NCBI GenBank assembly: GCA_001644455.1
Contig: LSTF01000001.1
Span: 13,109-77,108 of the forward strand
Length of the DNA stretch: 64,000 bases
Origin: Betaproteobacteria bacterium SCGC AG-212-J23
GTDB lineage: Bacteria > Pseudomonadota > Gammaproteobacteria > Burkholderiales > SG8-39
Direction of reading: 5' to 3'
A model generated the notes under the pieces. That model made no database searches and had not been told where the DNA came from. It saw only the letters and a program-made list of their open reading frames with translations. Position 1 is the first letter of the stretch. Each line of letters starts with the position of its first letter. Of the stretch, positions 45,091-53,316 are shown piece by piece. Position numbers and translations under genes: made by a program.

Positions 45091-45534
45091 ATGAAGCGCG
45101 AAGACGTGACCGACCTGATCGCATTGCGCAAGGTCAAGAAGGGAATCAAGTGGGCCGACGTCGCCACCAAGGTCGGCCAGTCGAAGGAATGGACCACCGC
45201 CGCGTGCCTCGGCCAGATGCAGATGACCAAGAAGCAGGCCGAGACGGTCGGCAAGATCTTCGACCTGCCGGAAGAAGCGGTCCTCATCCTGCAGACGGTG
45301 CCCTACAAGGGCTCGCTGCCCACCGCGGTGCCGACCGATCCGCTGATCTACCGCCTCTACGAGCTGGTCAACGTCTACGGCACCACGTTCAAGGCGCTGA
45401 TCCACGAGGAGTTCGGCGACGGGATCATGAGCGCCATCGACTTCAACATGGACATCGCGCGCGAGGCGAACGAGAAGGGCGACCGCGTGCGCATCGAGAT
45501 GTCCGGCAAATTCCTGCCGTACAAGACGTATTGA
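45091..45534 (+). CDS. cynS: Cyanate hydratase (cyanase)
   Basis: VPTDPLIYRLYELVNVYGTTFKALIHEEFGDGIMSAIDF, GKFLPYK. Confidence 0.97.
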   Translation: MKREDVTDLIALRKVKKGIKWADVATKVGQSKEWTTAACLGQMQMTKKQAETVGKIFDLPEEAVLILQTVPYKGSLPTAVPTDPLIYRLYELVNVYGTTFKALIHEEFGDGIMSAIDFNMDIAREANEKGDRVRIEMSGKFLPYKTY

Positions 45535-45570
45535 AAGGCTGCTGAAAGTCTGGTCTGCAATAGTGGCGGC

Positions 45571-46110
45571 ATGAAGAACCTGCTCGCCGTCCTCGCTTTC
45601 CTCCTTTCTTCGGCAGCGGCGGCGCAGGACCTCGACCGCGCCATGATGCTGGTCGCCACGCCCGACCTCGAGGGCGCCTACCGCCATACCGCGCTGGTCG
45701 TCATGCCGGTGGGCGAGAACCGCCACCTCGGCTTCATCGTCAACCGCGCCTCGGAGATGCAGCTCGCCGCCTCGACGCTCTACTACGGCGGCCCGGAGAT
45801 GGTCGGCGCGGTGTTCGCCCTGGTGCGCAAGGACCCCGGCCAGCCGTCGATGCACATGTTCGGCGAGGTCTACGTGACCGGCGACCGCGAGGTCATCGAC
45901 CACGTCCTCGGCGAGACGCCGGGAAGCGCGCGGCTCTTCGCGGGGTTCGTCGGCTGGGAGTCGGGCGAGCTCGCCGACGAAATCGCCGCCGGCTACTGGT
46001 ACGTGGCCGAGCCGGAGGTGGCGCAGGTGTTCAGCCAGGAACCGGGCGAGAACGTGTGGAGCGACCTGGTGAAGCGCGTCGGCCGGAGGCTGCAGACCCG
46101 CCTATACTGA
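45571..46110 (+). CDS. YqgE/AlgH (DUF179) family protein with signal peptide
   Basis: MLVATPDL, LGFIVNR, YYGGP, RLFAGFVGWESGELADEI..GYW. Confidence 0.8.
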   Translation: MKNLLAVLAFLLSSAAAAQDLDRAMMLVATPDLEGAYRHTALVVMPVGENRHLGFIVNRASEMQLAASTLYYGGPEMVGAVFALVRKDPGQPSMHMFGEVYVTGDREVIDHVLGETPGSARLFAGFVGWESGELADEIAAGYWYVAEPEVAQVFSQEPGENVWSDLVKRVGRRLQTRLY

Positions 46111-46114
46111 GGCG

Positions 46115-46891
46115 ATGAGAGCATCCATCGCCGCGGTCCTCGTTCTCGCCGGTTGCGCGGCAGCCGGGCCTTCGCAGGAAGCAAAAACCCAACTCGCGCC
46201 GACCGGCGCGCTCCGCGTCGCGGTGCTGACTTCCAATCCGATCATCGGCACCAAGGCCGGCAACGAGGTCGGCGGCACGACGGTGACTCTCGGCCGCGAG
46301 CTCGCCGCGAGCGCGGGCGTGGCGGCGCAGATCCTCGACTACGCCGCGATCAATCGCCTGATGGAGGACGCGGGCAAGAACGTCTGGGACGTCGCCGTGG
46401 TGGCGATCGATCCGGCGCGCACCAGCATCGTCGATTTCGCGCCGGCGCACCTCTCCGCCGACGGCTTTCTCACCGTGCTCGTGCCGCCGGGCTCGGCGGC
46501 GCGCACCATGGCCGACCTCGACCAGCCCGGGAAGAAGATCGCCGCGGTGCGCGGCGCGGCGCCGCTCATGGTCCTGCAGCGCACGCTGAAGAGCGCCACG
46601 GTCCTGCCCGCCGAGAACGAGAACGCCGCCTTCGCCTCGATGCAGGAAGGCCAGGCCGACGGCTATGCGCAGAACCGCTTCATGCTGCGCGCCCGCGCCG
46701 CGACGCTGCCCGGCTCGCGGCTGCTCGACGATTCCTTCGCCGGGCTGCAGCTCGCGTTCGCGGTGCCGAAGGGACGGCCGGCGGCGGCAGGCTACGTCGC
46801 GAAATGGGTGGAGGACGCGAAGGCTTCCGGCACGGTGCAACGCGCGATCGAGCGGGCGAAGCTCGTCGGCGAGGTCAGTGTTGCGAAGTGA
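46115..46891 (+). CDS. Polar-solute (family 3) substrate-binding lipoprotein
   Basis: Lipobox LAGC, LAPTGALRV, IDPART..VDF, AFAVPKGRP. Confidence 0.85.
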   Translation: MRASIAAVLVLAGCAAAGPSQEAKTQLAPTGALRVAVLTSNPIIGTKAGNEVGGTTVTLGRELAASAGVAAQILDYAAINRLMEDAGKNVWDVAVVAIDPARTSIVDFAPAHLSADGFLTVLVPPGSAARTMADLDQPGKKIAAVRGAAPLMVLQRTLKSATVLPAENENAAFASMQEGQADGYAQNRFMLRARAATLPGSRLLDDSFAGLQLAFAVPKGRPAAAGYVAKWVEDAKASGTVQRAIERAKLVGEVSVAK

Positions 46892-47759
46892 CGTGCTTGC
46901 GCACGGCCTCGATGATGGCCGTGTGATACGCCTCGCCCAGTCCGAGCGAAACCGCTTCCGCCAGTAGCTTCTGCACCGTGCCCGCGGACTGCAGCGCGAG
47001 CCCCGCGTCGCGCGCGAGCTGCAGCGCGTAGCTCACGTCCTTCAGCATGTAGCTCACGGGAAAGGCGCGCTCCGGGTGCGACTCGGGGAGCAGCGATTTC
47101 ATGCCGTGGTTGCGCAGCGCGAAGCTGTCGGCCGAGCCCTTGGCGAACGCGTCGAAGAGGAGCTTCGGCTCCACCAGGCCGCTCGCCTTCGCCACCGCCA
47201 GCGCTTCGGCGAGCGCGGTCACGGTCGCCGACAGCACCATGTTGTTGAGCAGCTTCACCGCCTGGCCGGCGCCCGGCGGCCCGCAATGCGTGACGTCGCT
47301 GCCCATCGCGCGCAGCAGCGGTTCGATGCGATGGAAGAGGAAGGCATCGGCGCCGACCATGAAGGCGAGGGTGCCGTCGATCGCCGCCTGGCGCGTGCGC
47401 GCCACCGGCGCATCCGCGAAATGCGCGCCGCGCGCCGTGAAGGCGGCGGCGAGCTCGCGGGCGAGGGCGACCGGGGCGGTGCTGCAGTCGACGATCGCCT
47501 GCCCGGCGCGCGCCGCGAGCGAGAGCTCGAGGCCCACCGAGCGCACCTGCGGCTCGCCCGGCAAGGAGAGAAAGATGACGTCCGCCTGCGAGGCAAGCTC
47601 GGCGATGGAATGCGTCGCGGCGACGCCGTCGACCGAGAGCCGCTTCAGCGGCTCGGGTCGCAGGTCGTGGGCGAGGACCTTGCCGCGCTGCTTGCGCGCG
47701 AGGTTGCGGCACATGGGCTCGCCCATCACGCCCAGGCCGATGAAACCCAGCTTGTCCAT
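46875..47759 (-). CDS. NAD(P)-dependent beta-hydroxyacid dehydrogenase family protein
   Basis: GFIGLGVMG, DCST, DAPV, GQAVKLLNN, KD. Confidence 0.92.
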   Translation of the reverse strand: MDKLGFIGLGVMGEPMCRNLARKQRGKVLAHDLRPEPLKRLSVDGVAATHSIAELASQADVIFLSLPGEPQVRSVGLELSLAARAGQAIVDCSTAPVALARELAAAFTARGAHFADAPVARTRQAAIDGTLAFMVGADAFLFHRIEPLLRAMGSDVTHCGPPGAGQAVKLLNNMVLSATVTALAEALAVAKASGLVEPKLLFDAFAKGSADSFALRNHGMKSLLPESHPERAFPVSYMLKDVSYALQLARDAGLALQSAGTVQKLLAEAVSLGLGEAYHTAIIEAVRKHVTSQH

Positions 47760-47760
47760 C

Positions 47761-47782
47761 GCTCCCTCCGGAAGGAGGGAGC
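47761..47782. promoter_or_regulatory. Perfect 9-bp hairpin containing the dehydrogenase RBS; terminator-like on the + strand
   Basis: GCTCCCTCC-GGAA-GGAGGGAGC followed by TTATTT on +; on - the GGAGGGAG arm lies just before ATG 47759. Confidence 0.6.
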
Positions 47783-47796
47783 TTATTTCATAACGG

Positions 47797-47988
47797 CTAG
47801 ACCAGGGGTCCCGGTCCGGGCCCGCGGCCGCGGCCGCGCAGGTGCATCACCAGCGAAACGACGAACGCGATCAGGAACAGGAAGAACAGCACCTTGGCGA
47901 TTTCGACCGCGCCGGCGGCGAGGCCGCCGAAGCCGAACACCGCGGCGATGATGGCGACGATGAAGAACGTGATGGCCCAGCTCAGCAT
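47797..47988 (-). CDS. DUF1328 (UPF0391) small membrane protein
   Basis: RBS AGGAGG; [35 protein letters not shown]. Confidence 0.92.
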   Translation of the reverse strand: MLSWAITFFIVAIIAAVFGFGGLAAGAVEIAKVLFFLFLIAFVVSLVMHLRGRGRGPGPGPLV

Positions 47989-48036
47989 GAGACCTCCTGG
48001 CGTAAGTGACGGCCAGGGATGCTGCAATTTGCGCTC

Positions 48037-50238
48037 CTAGGCGAAGCGCAGGTCCTGAGCCGAAAGAGGCAGGGAGCGTACCGGCTTGCCCGCGAGGGCG
48101 AGGATCGCGTTGGCGAGCGCCGGCGCGATCACGGGCGTCGAGGGCTCGCCGACGCCCGTTGGGTTGTCTTTTGAAACGACGATGGCGGTTTCTATTTTCG
48201 GCATCTGGCTCATGCGCAACACTTGGTAGTCGTGGAAGTTCGACTGGTCCACCATGCCATCGGTCAGGGTGATCGCGCCGCTGAGCGCGGCCGAGAGGCC
48301 GTAGGCGATGCCCGATTCCATCTGCGCGGCGACGACGTCCGGATTCACCGCTACGCCGCAGTCGACCGCGCAAATCACTTTCTCGATTTTCAGTCCGGCC
48401 TTTCGTTGCGACAGCTCGACGACTTGCGCGACGACCGTGTTGAAGGACTCGTGCACCGCGATGCCGCGCGCTATGCCCTTGCGCGGCCGGCCGGCGCGCC
48501 GCGCGGCGAGGTTCAACGCGGCGAGATGGCGCGGTTGCTTCGCCAGCAATGCCCGGCGCAGCGCGAGCGGATCCTTGCCCGCCGCCCGAGCGCATTCGTC
48601 GAGGAAGCATTCGGTGGCGAACGCGGTGTGCGTCGAGCCGACCGAGCGCCACCATTGCACCGGCACGCCGACCTTGGGCGAATGCAGGGTCACCGAGAGG
48701 TTGGGAATGGCGTAGGGCAGGTTGGCCGCGCCCTCGACGGAGGTCGCGTCGATGCCGTCCTTCACCATCATCGGCTCGAAGGCGGTGCCGGCGAGGATCG
48801 ACTGGCCGACGATGGTGTGCTGCCAGGCGACGAGGTTGCCCTGCGCGTCCAGCCCGGCCTTGAGCGCGTGCACGTAGAGCGGCCGGTAGTAGCCGGCGCG
48901 CATGTCGTCCTCGCGGCCCCACACCAATTTGATGGGATTGGGTTTGGAAAAACTCTTGGCAATTGCGGCAGCTTCGAGGAGGTAGTCCGACTGCGGATTG
49001 GCGCGCCGGCCGAAACTGCCGCCGGCGTAGAGCTGGTTCAGCTTCACCTGTTGAGGCTTCAGGCCGAGGAACTGCGCCAGCGCCGCCTGGTCGACGGTCT
49101 GGAACTGCTCGCCGTTCCAGACTTCGCAGCCGTCGGCCGAGAGGCTGACCACGCAGTTCATCGGCTCCATGGAGGCGTGCGCGAGGTAGGGGAACTCGTA
49201 CATCGCCTCGAGGGTTTTCGCCGCGCCGGCGAGCGCGGCGGCGACGTCGCCTTCCTTGCGCGCCGCGCGTCCCGGGCCGGCGGCGAGCTTTCGATAGTCG
49301 GCAAGAAGTTCTTTCGATGAACCCTTGAAGGCGGCAGAGTCATCCCACTCCGCCTTCAACGCGTCGCGCCCCTTCCGCGCGGTGAAGTAGTCGCGCGCCA
49401 GCACCGCGACGCCGTTCGTCGCCGGCGTCGAGAACGCGACGGCGTCGACCACGCCGGGAATCGCTTTCGCTTCCGCCGCATCGAAGCGCTTCAGCTTCGC
49501 GCCGAAGCGCGGCGGATGCAGGACGACGGCGGTCAGCATGTCGGGCAGCCTCATGTCCTGCGTGAACACGGCCTTGCCGGTCGATTTCGCACGCGCGTCG
49601 AGTCGCGGCGCGCTCTTGCCGATGTAGAGGAAGCGGCCCGGATCCTTGAGCTTCACCTCGGCCGGGACTTTCTGCTTCGCGGCGTCAGGGGCGAGCTGAC
49701 CGAAGGTCGCTTTTTTCTCTTTCCACGAAACCACGCCCCTGGACACGCGGATTTCAGCAACCGGCGCCTTCCATTTCTCCGCCGCGGCGGCGACGAGCAT
49801 GGCGCGCGCGGTCGCGCCGGCCTTGCGCATCTGTTCCCAGGAGTTCGCGAGCGCGGTGCTGCCGCCGGTGCCCTGCGCCGGGCCCCACAGCAGGTTGTTG
49901 TACTTCGCGGCGTCGGCGGGCGCGCCCTCGACGCGAACCTGCGACCAGTCGGCGTCGAGCTCCTCGGCGACGAGCGTCGGCAGGCCGGTGTACGTGCCCT
50001 GGCCCATCTCCAGGTGCTTGACGATCACCGTGACCGTGTTGTCGCTCGCGATGCGCACGAAAGCGTTGGGCGAGAAGCCGCGGTGCAGGAACAGGCTGTC
50101 TTCCTGGGCGCGCGCGGGAAAGCCGACCGCGAGGAGCAGCCCGCCGGATGCCTGCAGGAAGCGGCGGCGGCTGACGTTGCGCACGCCGGGTATGGCGTTT
50201 GCTCCCTTCCGGTCAAACTTTTCGAAAAGGAATCCCAT
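48037..50238 (-). CDS. Molybdopterin-binding oxidoreductase large subunit (isoquinoline 1-oxidoreductase beta / IorB-like), Tat signal
   Basis: VSRRRFLQ, EMGQGT, QGTGGS, HASMEP, GGSFGRR, WRSV, GVGEP. Exact start uncertain. Confidence 0.9.
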   Translation of the reverse strand: MGFLFEKFDRKGANAIPGVRNVSRRRFLQASGGLLLAVGFPARAQEDSLFLHRGFSPNAFVRIASDNTVTVIVKHLEMGQGTYTGLPTLVAEELDADWSQVRVEGAPADAAKYNNLLWGPAQGTGGSTALANSWEQMRKAGATARAMLVAAAAEKWKAPVAEIRVSRGVVSWKEKKATFGQLAPDAAKQKVPAEVKLKDPGRFLYIGKSAPRLDARAKSTGKAVFTQDMRLPDMLTAVVLHPPRFGAKLKRFDAAEAKAIPGVVDAVAFSTPATNGVAVLARDYFTARKGRDALKAEWDDSAAFKGSSKELLADYRKLAAGPGRAARKEGDVAAALAGAAKTLEAMYEFPYLAHASMEPMNCVVSLSADGCEVWNGEQFQTVDQAALAQFLGLKPQQVKLNQLYAGGSFGRRANPQSDYLLEAAAIAKSFSKPNPIKLVWGREDDMRAGYYRPLYVHALKAGLDAQGNLVAWQHTIVGQSILAGTAFEPMMVKDGIDATSVEGAANLPYAIPNLSVTLHSPKVGVPVQWWRSVGSTHTAFATECFLDECARAAGKDPLALRRALLAKQPRHLAALNLAARRAGRPRKGIARGIAVHESFNTVVAQVVELSQRKAGLKIEKVICAVDCGVAVNPDVVAAQMESGIAYGLSAALSGAITLTDGMVDQSNFHDYQVLRMSQMPKIETAIVVSKDNPTGVGEPSTPVIAPALANAILALAGKPVRSLPLSAQDLRFA

Positions 50239-50458
50239 GGAATACGCTCAGCTTAATCCGACCGATACCAACATCCACCGCACGTCGGAAGAAATCAAGG
50301 ACGAGGCGCGCGCAACCTTCGAGGAGGCCACACGCTATGCGAAGCGCAGCGTTCGGGAAAACCCCTGGACGGCTGTGGGAATCAGCTTCGGCGCCGGGGT
50401 CGTTTTCGGCGCCTTGATCACCCTCGCCCTGGTCACCCTATCGGCGAGCAGGGCTTAG
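50237..50458 (+). CDS. ElaB/YqjD/DUF883-like tail-anchored small protein
   Basis: VRENPWTAVGISFGAGVVFGAL C-terminal motif. Confidence 0.7.
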   Translation: MEYAQLNPTDTNIHRTSEEIKDEARATFEEATRYAKRSVRENPWTAVGISFGAGVVFGALITLALVTLSASRA

Positions 50459-50778
50459 TAGCGCTGCTGGCCCTTGATCGCCCACGGAATCGTGGGTCCG
50501 GAGGATTCCCCGTCCTTGTTCTCGCCGCCGTTGTTCGCGTTCTTCTTCGGGCGGCCGGGACGATAGGTGACCTGGAAGATCTTCAGGGGCGGCACCACCG
50601 GGGGGCTTTCGAGGAATTTGCAATCCGACTCGGTCGGCATGCTGAGGAAGGCGCCGAGGCGCTTGCCGTTCAGCATCACCGTGTAGCGCAGCATGTGCAT
50701 GGAGCCGAGCGCCGGTTGAGCGAGGATGTCGTACTTGCCGATCTTGAACTGCCTGCGTTGCTGGGGCGAAGGTGCCAT
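50455..50778 (-). CDS. Hypothetical protein with AT-hook-like RPGRPKK
   Basis: RBS AGGAG; consensus TATAAT at 50821-50826 (-); host-like codons. Confidence 0.7.
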   Translation of the reverse strand: MAPSPQQRRQFKIGKYDILAQPALGSMHMLRYTVMLNGKRLGAFLSMPTESDCKFLESPPVVPPLKIFQVTYRPGRPKKNANNGGENKDGESSGPTIPWAIKGQQRY

Positions 50779-50828
50779 GGGCTCCTGAATAGCCTGTAGG
50801 GGTCGACCGGGGAAACGACCATTATAAG

Positions 50829-51380
50829 TCACGGGAGCACATAGAGAAAGACGCATGATCGGCGGTCAAAACCGGCCTTTTCCCCGCCATCTCCCGCGAT
50901 CCCGCGCGCCATCATCCGCGCACCCCGGCTGGCATTGCGGATCTCCGGCATCTGCTCCGCGCTCGCGCCGCGCAGCGAAAGATCGTCGACCAGGAGGGTG
51001 GTATTTCCGTCGTCCCTGCGCAGCGAGTAGCCGCCCCCGCCGTATTCGAGGCGTCCTTCGACCTGGAGCGTAGTGCCGCGCGTCCCGGCGTGCTCGGCGG
51101 GGGCGATCGTCCAGAGAAGCTGGGGCACCTCGGGCAGGTCGAGCCCGCTCGGCACGCTTTCCTGCAGCGCTTGCAGCGTCGCCAGGCGCTCGAGGCGCGA
51201 GCGGCTCGAGCAAGCGGCGTCCTTGCAAGCGTCGAGGCTTCTCTGCCAGGCCTGCTGGTCGCCTTCCAGGCACGCGGCGTTCTCGGCGAGAGCGACCTTG
51301 GCGCCGAGATAGAAGCGCTCCACCAAGGCCTCGAGATCGGGCTCGACCGCGAGCGCGAGGAGAAGCAGCAGGGCTTTCAT
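50829..51380 (-). CDS. Secreted hypothetical protein (LprI-like Q..W...C....C helix pattern)
   Basis: RBS AGGAG; MKALLLLLALA; DQQAWQRSLDACKDAAC..ERLATL; overlaps the dinB stop. Confidence 0.6.
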   Translation of the reverse strand: MKALLLLLALAVEPDLEALVERFYLGAKVALAENAACLEGDQQAWQRSLDACKDAACSSRSRLERLATLQALQESVPSGLDLPEVPQLLWTIAPAEHAGTRGTTLQVEGRLEYGGGGYSLRRDDGNTTLLVDDLSLRGASAEQMPEIRNASRGARMMARGIAGDGGEKAGFDRRSCVFLYVLP

Positions 51381-52423
51381 GGCTCCTGGGTCAGCCCGTG
51401 CGCGCCGACGCCGAGCAGGCGCACCGGCCGGCGGTCGGCCTCGGTGCGCTCGAGCAGCATCTGCGCGCGGTTGACGATCTCCGCCTTCGAGGCGGTGAAC
51501 GCCTTCGCCGTATGGCTGCGCGTGACGGTGGTGAAGTCGGAATAGCGCACCTTGATGGTGATGGTGCGCGCGCGCAGGCTCTTCGCCGCCAGGTCCTGCG
51601 CCAGCTCGCGGGCGAGGCGGGCGATCTCCTCGTTCGCCTCCGAGAGGGTCTGCAGATCCTTGGCATAGGTGGTCTCGCACGACACCGATTTCGTCTCGCG
51701 GTGCGGCTCGACCGGGCGCGGGTCGTCGCCGTGCGAGAGCTGCACCAGCCATTCGGCGAGGCTGCCGACCGTCTTCGTCAGCAGCTGGAAGTCGGCGTTG
51801 CGCACGTCCACCAGCGTCTTGATGCCGGCGGCATGCAGCTTCTTCGCCGTCACCGGCCCGACGCCCCAGAGCGCCTCGACCGGCAGCTTGCGCAGGAAGC
51901 TCTCGACGCGCTCGGGCGCGATCACCGTCAGGCCGTCGGGCTTCTGCCAGCCCGAGGCGATCTTCGCCAGGAACTTGTTGGGCGCGACCCCCGCGGATGC
52001 GGTCAAGCCCGTTTCATCGAGGATGGTTTTTTTTATTCGCAGGGCGACATCGCGAGCGAGCGGCATTGCCCAGAGGTTCTCCGTGACGTCGAGATAAGCC
52101 TCGTCGAGCGAGAGCGGCTCGACCAGCGGCGTCGCCGAGTGCAGGATCTCCATCACCCGGTCGGACGCCTCGCGATACTTGCCGAAGTCGGGGCGGACGA
52201 TGACGAGCTGCGGGCAGAGGCGCACCGCGCGCGACATCGGCATCGCCGAGCGCACGCCGAACTCGCGCGCCTCGTAGCTCGCCGCGGCGACCACGCCGCG
52301 CGACTCGGGCGAGCCGCCCACCACCACCGGCTTGCCGCGCAGCGCCGGGTCATCGCGCATCTCCACCGACGCGTAGAACGCGTCCATGTCGATGTGGATG
52401 ATGCGGCGCGACGGTTCGCTCAA
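51377..52423 (-). CDS. dinB: DNA polymerase IV
   Basis: IIHIDMDAFYASVE, AASYEAR, SLDEAYLD, KFLAKIAS..KPDG; TTG start overlaps the upstream TGA. Confidence 0.95.
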   Translation of the reverse strand: MSEPSRRIIHIDMDAFYASVEMRDDPALRGKPVVVGGSPESRGVVAAASYEAREFGVRSAMPMSRAVRLCPQLVIVRPDFGKYREASDRVMEILHSATPLVEPLSLDEAYLDVTENLWAMPLARDVALRIKKTILDETGLTASAGVAPNKFLAKIASGWQKPDGLTVIAPERVESFLRKLPVEALWGVGPVTAKKLHAAGIKTLVDVRNADFQLLTKTVGSLAEWLVQLSHGDDPRPVEPHRETKSVSCETTYAKDLQTLSEANEEIARLARELAQDLAAKSLRARTITIKVRYSDFTTVTRSHTAKAFTASKAEIVNRAQMLLERTEADRRPVRLLGVGAHGLTQEP

Positions 52424-53262
52424 TTCAAGTGGGTGGTCAGGAACCGGAGGCGCGCGGCGAGCGCGCTCAAGAGCGTGGACGCGAACTGCGGGCTGATCTT
52501 GACGAGCTGCAGGAACGCCGGCCGGCCGATGGCGAGCAGTTCGCAGTCGGTCTGCGCGGTGGCGCTCGCCAGCCGCGCCGACTCGGTGACCAGCGCCGCT
52601 TCGCCGAACACCCCGCCCGGCCCGAGCAGCTCGACGATGCGGCCGTCGATCGACACCGCCACCTCGCCCTCGATCACCGCGTACATGCGGATCCCGGTCT
52701 GGCCCTTGGCGATGATCTGCGCGCCCTGGCGGAAGAAGATCGGCGGGTCGTCGGCCAGGCCGGCGACGAGCTGCTCGAGCTGCTTCTTGTCGAAGACGAT
52801 CGCCTCGTCGAAGTCCTCGTCGTGCGCGAGCGCGCCGGATACCGAGAGCTGGGCGATGGTCTCGCGCAGGCGCCGGATCAGCATGCTCATCAGCATCAGC
52901 GCGAAGCCGGGCTTGTGCGCGAGCGCCGCCTCGAATTCCTCCGGGTCGAGGGCGATGACGCGGCACTCGCTCTTCGCCACCGCGCCGGCGCTGCGCGGCG
53001 CGTGCGCCATCACCGCGATCTCGCCGAAGACCTCGCCCGGCTTCACCGTGCCGATCGGCTGCTTCTTGGCGCGCAGCTCGACCTCGCCCTTGAGCAGCAG
53101 GTACATCTTGCTCTTGCGCAGCAGCGGGATGGCGCGCTCGCTCTCGCTGAAGATCTTCGCGCCCTCGGCGAAGGTCTCGGGCTTGCCCGCGGACTTGAAG
53201 AAATCGAGCGCGACCGCCGGGTCGTAGGCGACCTCGGCTTTTTGCGGGGTCTTCGTTGCCAT
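52420..53262 (-). CDS. Tandem cyclic-nucleotide-binding domain protein (no HTH)
   Basis: Two repeats: GEVFGEIA..PRSAGAVA and GGVFGEAAL..RLASATA; RBS GAGGAG. Confidence 0.88.
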   Translation of the reverse strand: MATKTPQKAEVAYDPAVALDFFKSAGKPETFAEGAKIFSESERAIPLLRKSKMYLLLKGEVELRAKKQPIGTVKPGEVFGEIAVMAHAPRSAGAVAKSECRVIALDPEEFEAALAHKPGFALMLMSMLIRRLRETIAQLSVSGALAHDEDFDEAIVFDKKQLEQLVAGLADDPPIFFRQGAQIIAKGQTGIRMYAVIEGEVAVSIDGRIVELLGPGGVFGEAALVTESARLASATAQTDCELLAIGRPAFLQLVKISPQFASTLLSALAARLRFLTTHLN

Positions 53263-53316
53263 TGCGTCTCCTCTGCGGGCGGCTAAGATGCCACGAAATT
53301 CTGCGCGGAGCCTGAC

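Noticed and set aside
48022-48038. Possible sigma54 promoter (GG-N10-GC) upstream of DUF1328 on the minus strand
   Set aside because: Spacing fits, but the -24 element (AGGAGC) departs from TGGCAC; not enough support.
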